Assembly (NCBI GenBank): GCA_043752205.1
Contig: JAYUYX010000141.1
Coordinates: 14,304-78,303, forward strand
Reading direction: 5' to 3'
DNA from: Chitinophagaceae bacterium
GTDB lineage: Bacteria; Bacteroidota; Bacteroidia; Chitinophagales; Chitinophagaceae
Length of the DNA stretch: 64,000 bases
Part shown: piece by piece, positions 35,056 through 45,224 of the stretch
Position numbering within the stretch: the stretch's first letter is position 1
Layout: the number at the start of each line of letters is the position of its first letter
Position numbers and translations under genes: made by a program
Notes under the pieces: model-generated
The model's input: the letters and a program-made list of their open reading frames with translations, nothing else
Told to the model about the DNA's origin: nothing
Databases searched by the model: none

Positions 35056-38000
35056 ATGAAAAATTTTACTTCGCTTGTTTTAGGTTTAATGCTCATCGGT
35101 TCTTATAATAACGCATTTGCCCAAAAACTTTCTCTTGACCAGTTTAAAAATTTAAAACCTCGTAATATTGGCCCAGCCGGTATGAGTGGTCGTATCACTA
35201 CAATTGATGCTGTAGTAAGTAATCCTAATATTTTTTATGTAGGTGCAGCAAGTGGCGGTGTATGGAAAACCGAGAATAGCGGCCAATCATGGACACCAAT
35301 TTTTGATGAGCAGCCCATACAGAATATTGGCGCTATCGCTATTCAACAATCCAATCCTTCAGTAGTTTGGGTAGGAACAGGAGAAGGTAATCCCAGGAAT
35401 TCATTAAACCTGGGTGGAGGTATTTATAAAAGTCTGGATGCCGGCAAGACCTGGAAAAAAATGGGGCTGGATAAAACTATTTGTATACACCGGGTGGTTA
35501 TCGATCCGGTTAATCCTAATACCGTTTATGCAGCAGCAATTGGCAACCCATATGCAGAACATCCTGAGCGTGGCGTTTTTAAAACTACTGATGGTGGCGA
35601 AACCTGGAGTAAAATCCTGTATGCAAATGATACTACGGGTTGTGCCGACCTTATTATGGATCCATCAAACCCCAATAAATTGATAGCTGCCATGTGGCAG
35701 TTCCGCAGAACACCATGGAATTTAAAAAGTGGTGGTAAAGGAAGTGGTTTATTTATAACTGTGGATGGCGGTAAAAACTGGAAGCAATTAAATAAAGAGG
35801 ATGGAATGCCCGAAGGCCAACTTGGAAGAATTGGCGTGGCTTTCAGCCGCAGCATGCCCAGCAGGGTTTATGCAAAAGTAGAAGCAACAAAAAATGGTTT
35901 ATACAAAAGCGATGACGGCGGTTTTAAATGGACCCTGGTAAACAGTAACGCATCAGAAGTAACTGATCGTCCTTTTTACTACCAGGAAATTTATGTTGAT
36001 CCAAAAAATGAGAACAGGATATATGATGTGCATTCAACCATAACTTTCAGTGAAGATGGCGGCAAATCTTTTTCAACGATGATACCGTATTCAGGTATTC
36101 ATCCAGATCATCATGCCTGGTGGATACATCCCGAAGATGCTAACCTGATCATTGAAGGTAATGATGGCGGTATTGGTATTTCAAGAGACCGTGGTAAGAC
36201 CTGGGTGTTTGATGAAAAAATTCCGGTGGGCCAGTTCTACCATGTAAATGTTGATAATGAAATTCCTTACAATGTAATGGGCGGTATGCAGGATAATGGC
36301 AGCTGGCTTGGTCCGGCTTACACCTGGACAAACGGTGGCATTAGAAATTATTACTGGAGCAATGTTGGCGGTGGAGATGGCTTTGATGTAGTGTCGGACC
36401 CCGAAGATGCAAGCTGGGTGTATAGTATGAGCCAGGGTGGAAGTGTTGGCAGAAGAAACTGGAAAACAGGTGAGGGATGGTTCATCAGGCCACCGGCACT
36501 GGACCCTAAAACCAAACTACGCTTTAACTGGAACTCGGCTATTGCGCTTGATCCCTTTGATACAAAAACAGTTTACTACGGCAGCCAGTATGTACATAAG
36601 AGTACCGATAAGGGTGTGAGTTGGGATATTATATCTCCTGATCTTACATCAAATGATACAGTAAAAATTAATGCCTATCAAAATACCGGGGGTTTAACGC
36701 TGGATATAACCGGTGCAGAAACCCATTGCAGTATTCTTGCCATTGAACCCTCAAAAAAAGAAAGAGGAACCATATGGGTGACTACAGATGATGGTAATGT
36801 GCAGCTTACCAGGGATGGCGGAAAAACGTGGACATCTTTTTATGGAAAGATCCCGGGCATGCCGGCTGGTTGTTGGTTACCGCAGGTAAAAGCATCTGTA
36901 TATAATGCTGCTGAAGCATTTGTTGTTGCCAATGATTATCGCCGTGGCGATATGAAGCCTTATATTTTTCGTACCACAGATTATGGTAAAACATGGTCAA
37001 GAATGATCGATGAAAATAAAGTGAAAGGTTATGCATTATCTATAATGCAGGATCCTACACAACCCAACCTGATATTTGTTGGTACAGAAAATGGTTTATG
37101 GATAAGCCTGGATAATGGAAGCTCCTTTGAGCAATTTAAAAATGGGTATCCTTCTGTTTCCACATATGATCTTGCAATACAGGAACGTGAAGCCGACCTG
37201 GTAATAGCAACATTTGGACGTGCGCTTTGGGTATTGGATGATATCAGGCCCCTAAGAAAAGCAGCAGCTAATAAAGGCATGAAGTTTACTGCACCAATAA
37301 CTGTTTTTGCCTCACCCGGCGCATACCAGGCCCAATACAAGGCGGCAACAGGATATGAGTGGAGCACTTATGGTTTATATGATGCCGAGAACAGGAGACG
37401 TGGTGCCCCGGTTTCTTTTTTCATCAATAAACAAAAACAGGATACGGCTGTAAAACAAAAGCTGGATACGGCAGCAAAGCAACCGCCTGTTATTGTACCT
37501 GCTGAACCAGCCACCCCGGTTGCTGCACACCAAACCGGTGGAGCCGGACGTGCTGGACGTGGGGGTTCAGGAGGAGGAGGCAGGTCAGACAGCGCAATGG
37601 TGAAAGTTTTTAATTCGAATAATGAACTAATAAGAACTTTACGTTGGGCAGTTGATTCAGGGTTCAACAAAATGTATTGGGGCATGGATGAAAAAGGTTT
37701 CCGACAGCCAGGTTCGGCTAAACCATTACCTGGTGCGCCAGAGCCGGGAGGCTTTGCTGTTTTGCCAGGTACTTATAAATTGGTAATGACTTATGCAAGA
37801 ATATCGGATTCCACATATATAACGGTTAAGGACGATCCCCGGTTAGGCAACCGTAATGATATAAAACTTGCACAGCGTAGCGTATATGACCGCTTAAGAA
37901 AAAGTGCTGAAAAATTAACTACAGGAATGGACCAGTTAACCGAAAGCGATGAGTTGCTCACCAAAATGCTTGCTCAATTAAAAGGCATGGAAGGAAAAGA

Positions 38001-38334
38001 AATAGATTCGCTAAGAAAATCAACAACTAAAATGCAGGATACCATAAAAAGCATCCGTGAGTTGATCAGCGGTAAAACAAGCACTGCACAAGGTATTACC
38101 AGATCGCCTGAATTAACCGTCATGACATCTTTACAAACAGCGCAGCAATCCATCGGCAGTAAGATGGTGGCTCCTGGCCCACAGGTAACAATACTTGTGG
38201 AAAATGCAGAGAAAGCAGTAAAAGAGGTTACAGATAAAATAAATAATTTTTACAGCAGCAAATGGGTAGCCTACCGACAGCAGGTAGAAAATACCAAAGT
38301 AAACCTGTTTAAAGATTATAAAGCTATTGAATAA
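35056..38334 (+). CDS. large exported BNR/Asp-box repeat (sortilin-VPS10-like) protein
   Basis: 1092 aa with a signal peptide and at least 10 Asp-box motifs (SxDxGxTW): TENSGQSW, SLDAGKTW, TTDGGETW, TVDGGKNW, SRDRGKTW, STDKGVSW, TRDGGKTW, TTDYGKTW and others. Confidence 0.8.
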   Translation: MKNFTSLVLGLMLIGSYNNAFAQKLSLDQFKNLKPRNIGPAGMSGRITTIDAVVSNPNIFYVGAASGGVWKTENSGQSWTPIFDEQPIQNIGAIAIQQSNPSVVWVGTGEGNPRNSLNLGGGIYKSLDAGKTWKKMGLDKTICIHRVVIDPVNPNTVYAAAIGNPYAEHPERGVFKTTDGGETWSKILYANDTTGCADLIMDPSNPNKLIAAMWQFRRTPWNLKSGGKGSGLFITVDGGKNWKQLNKEDGMPEGQLGRIGVAFSRSMPSRVYAKVEATKNGLYKSDDGGFKWTLVNSNASEVTDRPFYYQEIYVDPKNENRIYDVHSTITFSEDGGKSFSTMIPYSGIHPDHHAWWIHPEDANLIIEGNDGGIGISRDRGKTWVFDEKIPVGQFYHVNVDNEIPYNVMGGMQDNGSWLGPAYTWTNGGIRNYYWSNVGGGDGFDVVSDPEDASWVYSMSQGGSVGRRNWKTGEGWFIRPPALDPKTKLRFNWNSAIALDPFDTKTVYYGSQYVHKSTDKGVSWDIISPDLTSNDTVKINAYQNTGGLTLDITGAETHCSILAIEPSKKERGTIWVTTDDGNVQLTRDGGKTWTSFYGKIPGMPAGCWLPQVKASVYNAAEAFVVANDYRRGDMKPYIFRTTDYGKTWSRMIDENKVKGYALSIMQDPTQPNLIFVGTENGLWISLDNGSSFEQFKNGYPSVSTYDLAIQEREADLVIATFGRALWVLDDIRPLRKAAANKGMKFTAPITVFASPGAYQAQYKAATGYEWSTYGLYDAENRRRGAPVSFFINKQKQDTAVKQKLDTAAKQPPVIVPAEPATPVAAHQTGGAGRAGRGGSGGGGRSDSAMVKVFNSNNELIRTLRWAVDSGFNKMYWGMDEKGFRQPGSAKPLPGAPEPGGFAVLPGTYKLVMTYARISDSTYITVKDDPRLGNRNDIKLAQRSVYDRLRKSAEKLTTGMDQLTESDELLTKMLAQLKGMEGKEIDSLRKSTTKMQDTIKSIRELISGKTSTAQGITRSPELTVMTSLQTAQQSIGSKMVAPGPQVTILVENAEKAVKEVTDKINNFYSSKWVAYRQQVENTKVNLFKDYKAIE

Positions 38335-38351
38335 GCAGTATCATGTATTTT

Positions 38352-38378
38352 AAAAGCGGCTCTCAAGCCGCTTTTTTT
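38352..38378 (+). terminator. rho-independent terminator
   Basis: AAAAGCGGC-TCTCAA-GCCGCTTTT followed by a T-run, 18 nt after the BNR gene stop. It lies inside the spurious N-terminal extension of the next ORF. Confidence 0.8.
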
Positions 38379-38432
38379 ATTCTTTGCCATACTCCCCGTA
38401 AATTTTTACTTTTGCCACTTAATGATAAGTTT

Positions 38433-39698
38433 ATGGGTAATGTAAAATTGAGTGTGCTGGCAGAAACACTGCAGGCTTCCGAAATTGTGCGCCTGGGTGC
38501 AACCATCAAAGAAAAGATGAGCGAAGGCGAAAAAATTTACAATTATACCATTGGAGATTTTGATTCTGCCATATTTCCTATCCCTGCCGAGTTGGAATCC
38601 GAAATTATAGATGCCTACAAAAATGGTTTTACTAACTATCCAACTGCCGAGGGCAACCTGGATTTAAGAGAAGCTGTTTCCGCATTCATGTCATCCCGGG
38701 CTGGTTTACATTATGAAACAAACGAGATACTGATTGCTGCAGGAGGACGGCCGTTGATATATGCTTTGTATCGTGCTATTGTGGATAAAGCTGATAAAGT
38801 AATTTATCCTGCGCCAAGCTGGAATAATAATCATTATGTGCATTTTACGGAGGGTGAACATATCATTCTGGAAGCAGAAAGAGAAAATAATTTTATGATC
38901 TCGGCCGCACAAATTAAGGAGCACATAAAAGGAGCCACACTACTTTCAATATGCTCTCCTTTAAATCCTACGGGTACAACCTTTGGCAAGAACGAGTTGA
39001 TGGCTATTTGCGACCTGGTTGTTGAAGAGAATAAAAGCCGCAGGGAAGGAGAAAAAAAACTTTACCTGATGTATGACCAGATCTACTGGACACTTACTTT
39101 TGGTGATACCGCACATTATAACCCGGTTACGCTTAATCCGGAAATGAAAGCGTATACCATTTTTATTGATGGCATAAGCAAGGCTTTTGCAGCCACAGGC
39201 GTACGTGTTGGCTGGGCTTTGGGGCCTGCAGAGATTTTGGTAAAAATGCGTTCTATCAACAGCCATGTTGGTGCATGGGCACCTATGGCCGAGCAAAAAG
39301 CAGTTGCTAAATATTTATTAAGAACAGATGCTATTAATAATTACTTTGCGCATTTTAAAACAGAAATTAGCCTCCGTTTACAAAAGATTTTTGATGGCAT
39401 ACAGCAAATGAAAAAAGAAGGTTTTACTGTTGATGCCATTTCACCTGAAGCAGCTATTTACCTCACTATACAAATTGAATATGCCGGCAAAAAAACTCCT
39501 GAAGGCAAATTACTGGCTACCCAGGCAGATGTTACTTCCTATATTTTAGATGAAGCAAAATTAGCCATCGTGCCTTTTTATTGTTTTGGTGCAAAGCCTG
39601 TAAGTAGCTGGTACAGGTTAAGTGTGGGCACCTGCAAAAAAGAAGAGATTGATGAAATGCTGGCTGCCTTAAAGGGGGCATTAAATAAATTGAGTTGA
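38433..39698 (+). CDS. class I/II pyridoxal-phosphate aminotransferase (aspartate aminotransferase-like)
   Basis: About 421 aa from the ATG at 38433. The PLP-lysine block is DGISKAFAATGVRVGW, with PSWNNN and NPTG motifs. Confidence 0.85.
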   Translation: MGNVKLSVLAETLQASEIVRLGATIKEKMSEGEKIYNYTIGDFDSAIFPIPAELESEIIDAYKNGFTNYPTAEGNLDLREAVSAFMSSRAGLHYETNEILIAAGGRPLIYALYRAIVDKADKVIYPAPSWNNNHYVHFTEGEHIILEAERENNFMISAAQIKEHIKGATLLSICSPLNPTGTTFGKNELMAICDLVVEENKSRREGEKKLYLMYDQIYWTLTFGDTAHYNPVTLNPEMKAYTIFIDGISKAFAATGVRVGWALGPAEILVKMRSINSHVGAWAPMAEQKAVAKYLLRTDAINNYFAHFKTEISLRLQKIFDGIQQMKKEGFTVDAISPEAAIYLTIQIEYAGKKTPEGKLLATQADVTSYILDEAKLAIVPFYCFGAKPVSSWYRLSVGTCKKEEIDEMLAALKGALNKLS

Positions 39699-39717
39699 AG
39701 GGAATAAAAAATTACAA

Positions 39718-39966
39718 TTAATTTTTACAGTTTAAAAACACAAAGGGTTTTAATTCTTTTTGACGGATCAGCCTGCGGAGCTTTAAGGGCTTAATAATTA
39801 TCTTGTATTTATTGAGATCAATGATCTCGTGGGTAACAATCAGGTTGTCTATACTTTCAATGGTATACAATAACTGATGAAGTAATTCTACCTCATGTTC
39901 TATTGACTGTGGAGTCATTAACTCCTGGTTGAACAAAACCAGTAAGTCCCGGTTTGAATTGTTCAT
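39718..39966 (-). CDS. hypothetical small protein
   Basis: 82-aa ORF with no recognisable motif. It starts 24 nt downstream of a small lipoprotein ORF on the same strand. Confidence 0.35.
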   Translation of the reverse strand: MNNSNRDLLVLFNQELMTPQSIEHEVELLHQLLYTIESIDNLIVTHEIIDLNKYKIIIKPLKLRRLIRQKELKPFVFLNCKN

Positions 39967-39990
39967 AGTTGCTTTAGTTAATACCTGCTG

Positions 39991-40116
39991 TTAATAACCA
40001 ACCATTCCAGATTTGTTGGGGCAACCGCAGCCCTTCTTAGTAGAAGCACAGCCTGTTGATACCAGTACGGTTACCATAATTAATAGCAGTAATGTTAATT
40101 TATTAAGTTGTTTCAT
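39991..40116 (-). CDS. small lipoprotein (41 aa; below the ORF-track length cut-off)
   Basis: Hand translation gives MKQLNKLTLLLLIMVTVLVSTGCASTKKGCGCPNKSGMVGY*. It has a textbook signal peptide with lipobox (VSTGC) and a Cys-rich mature peptide of about 19 aa. Confidence 0.4.
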   Translation of the reverse strand: MKQLNKLTLLLLIMVTVLVSTGCASTKKGCGCPNKSGMVGY

Positions 40117-40171
40117 AATCTTCAGAATAGCAATTTAAACTATTTTCACAAATATTTATTGCATTGTTTTG

Positions 40172-41296
40172 ATGAAAGACACAAATTTTAACACCCAAGC
40201 TAAAAAACCGCGTGTTCTGGTAGCGCCCCTTGATTGGGGACTTGGCCATGCAACCCGCTGCATTCCAATTATATTTAAATTATTACAAGAAAATTGTGAT
40301 GTAATTATTGCCGCAGAAGGGGCCGGCAAAATTTTATTGCAAAAAGAGTTTCCCCATTTGGATTGTATTGAGTTAAAAGGATACGGGATACAATATGGCC
40401 GTAATAGATTCCTTATGCCATTGAAACTCATCTTGCAATTTCCAAAACTGGTTTACAGCATATTTACTGAAAACAGGTGGCTGAAACATGTTGTTGCAGC
40501 ATATAAAATAGATGCAGTCATCTCTGATAATCGTCTTGGTTTGTCTCACAAAAAAATTTCTTCCGTTTATATTACTCACCAATTAAAAATAAAAACAGGT
40601 AATATTTTTACAGACCGGATTGCACAAAAAATTCATTACCATTTTATAAATAAATATCGAAACTGTTGGGTCCCTGATGCAAAAGGAGAAGTTAATTTAA
40701 CTGGAGAGTTATCGCACCCGGTCATTTTTCCAAAAACGCCGGTATCATATATTGGCCCTTTATCCAGATTTGAAAAAATAAATATTGAAAATAAATATGA
40801 CCTCTGCATAATTTTATCGGGGCCCGAACCACAAAGAACTATTTTTGAAAATATTATTCTGAATGATTTAAATAATGTGCCGGGGAAAAAAATTTTGCTA
40901 AGGGGCCTGCCAGGCAAAAATTTGCCTGATCCAATAAGTAACCCATTAATTGAAATTAAGTGCCACTTGCCTGGTGCTGAAATGAATATGGTGATTCAAC
41001 AATCAAAATTAATTATAAGCCGCTGTGGTTACAGTACTGTAATGGATCTAGTTAAACTGCAGAAAAAAGCGATACTTGTTCCAACTCCGGGCCAGACAGA
41101 ACAGGAATACCTTGCAACTTATTTACAACAGCAACAGTTATTTTATTGTGTTATGCAAAATAAGTTTTCATTGGCTGATGCTTTAAAAAAGGAAAAGGAA
41201 TACAACTATAAGGAGCTAAGAGTAGATCAAATCGAATATGCAAAAGTGATTGATGATTTTGTAAAGGAATTACAAATCAATAGTGAAGATATTTAA
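40172..41296 (+). CDS. GT-B glycosyltransferase (MurG/GT28-like, UDP-glycosyltransferase family)
   Basis: N-terminal motif VLVAPLDWGLGHATRCIPI and a C-terminal nucleotide-sugar block SRCGYSTVMDL...PTPGQTEQ. Confidence 0.7.
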   Translation: MKDTNFNTQAKKPRVLVAPLDWGLGHATRCIPIIFKLLQENCDVIIAAEGAGKILLQKEFPHLDCIELKGYGIQYGRNRFLMPLKLILQFPKLVYSIFTENRWLKHVVAAYKIDAVISDNRLGLSHKKISSVYITHQLKIKTGNIFTDRIAQKIHYHFINKYRNCWVPDAKGEVNLTGELSHPVIFPKTPVSYIGPLSRFEKINIENKYDLCIILSGPEPQRTIFENIILNDLNNVPGKKILLRGLPGKNLPDPISNPLIEIKCHLPGAEMNMVIQQSKLIISRCGYSTVMDLVKLQKKAILVPTPGQTEQEYLATYLQQQQLFYCVMQNKFSLADALKKEKEYNYKELRVDQIEYAKVIDDFVKELQINSEDI

Positions 41297-43226
41297 ACCC
41301 CCTACCAATTTTTTTAAGATCGAGTGCGGCTGAATAACCTGTTGCATACCATTCATCGCTTTTTTCTAAACTTTCTAATGGTAGTTCATTTAATAAACCA
41401 GGTAATGAGGTACTTGTAATCACAGGCTTCCTAATGGTTGGCAATGCGTTTGATTGTGTTGCATATCCTATCCAGGTTTTTTTGCCGGCCAACACAGCAA
41501 GAACATTCTTACAAAAATTGCCAGGTTTTTTTTGAAAAAAAATAATTATAGGTAATGCAACAATAAAAACCATGGCAACAATTACATCAACTATCCTTTT
41601 ATTCCGTCGTTGTATAGGTAATCCGATGTTATATATTTTTGTATCTGCTATATACCCGCCGCTGCTGTCCTTACTATCACTTCCTACAATGCTGCTACTC
41701 CCCGATGCATGAAATTTATTGCGTACACTCTCCGGTAACATCTTAATGGCTTCAATAATCTCTTTGAAGCTTAATCCGTTTTCGCAAAATATGATTTCCT
41801 TTACTGTATATTTTTTTACAAGCATCGGTAACTGCTTAATATTGCCAAGCGTTGTAGCAGATTCTGCTTCATGATTGACTACCCGGCCCAAAACCCGTTT
41901 AGGCATTCCGGCTTTTTCCATCAGGGCAGTAATAGCTAGAAAATCATTTTTTGCGGCAACTACGATAGTTTGCCTGCGCTCTTCATATTCGTTGCCCGTT
42001 TCCAGGTAGCGCCATTTTATAAATAACAGCCGCATGGTATTCATTAATACAAAGCCAAGTAAAATACCCGATACCAATATCCCCCTCGAAAACCTTACAG
42101 TTTCAGGCAGTAAAGCATACACACTTAATAAAACAAGGGCCGAAATGCAGGTTGAGCGTATTAATTGCGTTTGCTTATAGCCCTTATCGTAGAGGCCGCT
42201 ATAAAATGCTGTAATTAAAAACAGGGCTGTAAAAGCAGGAAAAGCAATAAATAAAACATTGGGCGAATAGTTAACTTCCTGTCTTATGTAACTACTCCAT
42301 AAGAATTTGGTTATCCAGAATGCAGTTAAGATAATTCCAGCATCCAGGATAGGTAAGCCAATTTTTTTTAAAAGATTTCCGATAGCAGAAAAAGCAGCTC
42401 TGATGATAATTGCAACCTGAATTAAAAAAATAAAGATGCCAGCTTTGCTTCCGCTATAATGCTTCTTTACAAAAAAGCTCATGGCTTTATAAAATAATCT
42501 TACGTAATTAAGGCTTCCTCTCTTTGTACTCTCTCCTTTAAAATGTATAATGGTAGTTTCTGAAAAATAATAATTCTTATACCCGGCTTTCTGTATCCGG
42601 TAACTAAGGTCTACATCCTCTCCATACATAAAAAAACCTTCGTCAAAATTTCCAATTTCGCATAATATAATTTTGGGTATCATCATAAAAGCTCCTGCTA
42701 ATACATCTACTTCATGATTTTCATCTTCAGGCAAATGGCCAAGGTGATACCTTGCAAAAAATTTTGTCCTTGGAAATAACATTGCAAGACCGGATAACTT
42801 ACATAAAGAAGTTAATGGTGACGGAAAAGCTCTTTTACTTTCTTTTAAAAAATTACCTGAGCCGTCAATCATCTTAACGCCTAATGCTCCCGCTTTTTTG
42901 TTTGTTGCAAAAAAGTGCAGGCATTTTTCTACACAGTCTTCAGCTAATATGGTATCGGGGTTTAAAAAAAGTATAAGCTCTCCTTTGGCCAATTCAAGAG
43001 CCTGGTTATTTGCTTTTGCAAAACCGACATTGGCATCATTCCATATAAATTGTACTGATGGAAAAGCTATTTCAAGGAAAGGCCTGCTTCCATCCGTTGA
43101 GTTATTATCAACCACTATAATTTCAGCATCAATTCTCAAACAGGCTTTTTTAACGGAATACAGGCATTGCTCCAGGAAATATTTTACATTATAGTTTACT
43201 ATTATCACCGACAATTGCATAATCAA
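41277..43226 (-). CDS. GT2 glycosyltransferase fused to a polytopic membrane / Rossmann-like C-terminal module
   Basis: The N-terminal GT-A fold has LSVIIVNYN, VVDNNSTDGS and DxD-like EDVDLSYR. The C-terminal half has about 5 TM helices, a Rossmann-like segment and KRIVDVIVAMVFIVALPIIIF, resembling the N-terminal part of WcaJ-type sugar transferases. Confidence 0.75.
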   Translation of the reverse strand: MIMQLSVIIVNYNVKYFLEQCLYSVKKACLRIDAEIIVVDNNSTDGSRPFLEIAFPSVQFIWNDANVGFAKANNQALELAKGELILFLNPDTILAEDCVEKCLHFFATNKKAGALGVKMIDGSGNFLKESKRAFPSPLTSLCKLSGLAMLFPRTKFFARYHLGHLPEDENHEVDVLAGAFMMIPKIILCEIGNFDEGFFMYGEDVDLSYRIQKAGYKNYYFSETTIIHFKGESTKRGSLNYVRLFYKAMSFFVKKHYSGSKAGIFIFLIQVAIIIRAAFSAIGNLLKKIGLPILDAGIILTAFWITKFLWSSYIRQEVNYSPNVLFIAFPAFTALFLITAFYSGLYDKGYKQTQLIRSTCISALVLLSVYALLPETVRFSRGILVSGILLGFVLMNTMRLLFIKWRYLETGNEYEERRQTIVVAAKNDFLAITALMEKAGMPKRVLGRVVNHEAESATTLGNIKQLPMLVKKYTVKEIIFCENGLSFKEIIEAIKMLPESVRNKFHASGSSSIVGSDSKDSSGGYIADTKIYNIGLPIQRRNKRIVDVIVAMVFIVALPIIIFFQKKPGNFCKNVLAVLAGKKTWIGYATQSNALPTIRKPVITSTSLPGLLNELPLESLEKSDEWYATGYSAALDLKKIGRGFKYLHY

Positions 43227-43326
43227 ATATACTTATACAAAGCTTAATTTCATTTCTATCAATATAATACGCTGCTAAGCAATATTGCAATCAACCGGTA
43301 TAAGGAAGCCTTTGTATATTTGCGCC

Positions 43327-44112
43327 ATGTTAAAAACAACGCTGTTAAATGCCGTAGAGGCGGGCGCCAGGCAACTGCGGTATTATTTTAATAACGCAGA
43401 TCTGAAGATCAGTAATAAAGAAGGGATCAATAACTGGGTTACAGAAGCTGATCATGCCGCAGAAAAAGCAATCATTGAAGTTATTAAAGCAGATTTTCCC
43501 GATCATTTTATTTTAAGTGAGGAGGTTGGTGAAATTGCAACTAACAGCAACACAAAATGGATCATTGACCCAATTGACGGCACCATCAATTTTGCCAGCG
43601 GCATACCGCTTTGTTGTGTAAGTATCGGTGTAGAGCAAAATGGAGAAATGATATTTGGTGCTGTTTACAATCCATTCATCAATGAATTGTTTTTTGCAGA
43701 AAAAGGGCTGGGCGCTTCTTTAAATAACAAAAAGATCAGCGTAAGTAAAAAGTCGGAGCTGATACATAGCTGCCTGGTTACCGGTTTTCCATATGCTTAC
43801 TTAGATATGGAGAACGGCCCGCTGGAAGTATTTGAACGTTTTGTGCGTAAAGGTGTGCCAGTCCGCAGGCTGGGCAGTGCGGCTATTGACCTGTGTTGGG
43901 TTGCCGCCGGAAGGTTTGAAGGTTTTTTTGAACATAGCCTCAGTGCATGGGATTCGGCTGCCGGGTATTTAATTGTTGAAGAAGCAGGAGGTAAGGTAAC
44001 AGATATGAATGGAAATAAATATTCCCCTTATCAAAAAAAGATCGTGGCAACAAATGGATTGATACATGATGAATTGATAGAAGTGATACATAACAGGAAG
44101 ACATTGGGCTAA
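43327..44112 (+). CDS. suhB: inositol monophosphatase family protein
   Basis: Motifs LSEE, WIIDPIDGTINF and WDSAAG. The ATG at 43327 is preceded by TATATTTG, which matches the Bacteroidota -7 box pattern TAnnTTTG. Confidence 0.85.
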   Translation: MLKTTLLNAVEAGARQLRYYFNNADLKISNKEGINNWVTEADHAAEKAIIEVIKADFPDHFILSEEVGEIATNSNTKWIIDPIDGTINFASGIPLCCVSIGVEQNGEMIFGAVYNPFINELFFAEKGLGASLNNKKISVSKKSELIHSCLVTGFPYAYLDMENGPLEVFERFVRKGVPVRRLGSAAIDLCWVAAGRFEGFFEHSLSAWDSAAGYLIVEEAGGKVTDMNGNKYSPYQKKIVATNGLIHDELIEVIHNRKTLG

Positions 44113-44195
44113 GAGAAGAAAAGAGACAAGGAGGCCAAGAAGGTACTCTCCTTCAGCTCATTTTCTCTTTGTTCTCTTTGCTAAAAATTTATATA

Positions 44196-45221
44196 ATGGA
44201 AGAACGTACAGAAATATCTACTCTCGGTGAATTTGGTTTAATTGACCATCTTACCCGAAACAATGAAATAAAAAATGCATCCACAATTTTAAGTGTGGGT
44301 GATGATGCTGCAGTGATCGATCATTTTGGCCGGCAAACTGTGATTACAACCGACCTATTGGTAGAAGGTATTCATTTTGACCTGATGTACACTCCATTAA
44401 AACACCTTGGCTATAAATCTGTGATCGTTAACATCAGTGATATTTATGCCATGAATGCAATACCAACTCAAATTGTTATCAGTATTGCTATAAGTAATAA
44501 GTTCAGCGTAGAGGCATTAGATGAATTCTATGATGGTGTGTATGCTGCCTGTGATAAATATAATGTAGATCTGGTTGGCGGAGATACTACTACATCGCAA
44601 CGTGGTTTTGTAATAAGTATTACCGCTATTGGTGAAGTTGCACCAGATACTTTTGTAAAAAGAGATGGTGCAAAAGTTAATGACCTTATTTGTGTAAGTG
44701 GCGATCTGGGCGGTGCTTTTTTAGGATTAACTATTTTGGAAAGAGAAAAGAAAATATTTGAAGAAACCGGTGCACAGCCGGACCTGGAAGACAGGGCATA
44801 TATTGTGGGCCGATTATTGAAGCCTGAGGCACGTAAAGATGTTATCGAATATTTTGCAGAGCACAAAATTGTACCAACAAGTATGATGGACATCAGCGAT
44901 GGACTAAGCAGCGAAATGCTACACATTTGTAAGCAAAGTAGTGTAGGCTGTGTTTTGTACGAAGACAAACTTCCTTTAAATGAAGACAGTAAAGATTTTG
45001 CATACAAGCTTGAACTTGATCCTACTGCCTGCGCTTTAAGTGGTGGTGAAGATTATGAATTGTTGTTTACTGTTGCGCAGGCCGACCATGAAAAGATAAT
45101 GGCTAACAATGGCCTGAGTATTATCGGTTATATTACCGAAGCCAGTGAAGGAAAAATATTTATTACCCGTGGGGGAAATAAGCATGAGCTTGTGGCACAG
45201 GGTTGGAATCATTTGAAATAA
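44196..45221 (+). CDS. thiL: thiamine-monophosphate kinase
   Basis: AIR-synthase-related fold with VGDDAAV, DLLVEGIHF, GGDTT and GGEDYELLFT. Confidence 0.85.
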   Translation: MEERTEISTLGEFGLIDHLTRNNEIKNASTILSVGDDAAVIDHFGRQTVITTDLLVEGIHFDLMYTPLKHLGYKSVIVNISDIYAMNAIPTQIVISIAISNKFSVEALDEFYDGVYAACDKYNVDLVGGDTTTSQRGFVISITAIGEVAPDTFVKRDGAKVNDLICVSGDLGGAFLGLTILEREKKIFEETGAQPDLEDRAYIVGRLLKPEARKDVIEYFAEHKIVPTSMMDISDGLSSEMLHICKQSSVGCVLYEDKLPLNEDSKDFAYKLELDPTACALSGGEDYELLFTVAQADHEKIMANNGLSIIGYITEASEGKIFITRGGNKHELVAQGWNHLK

Positions 45222-45224
45222 AAA

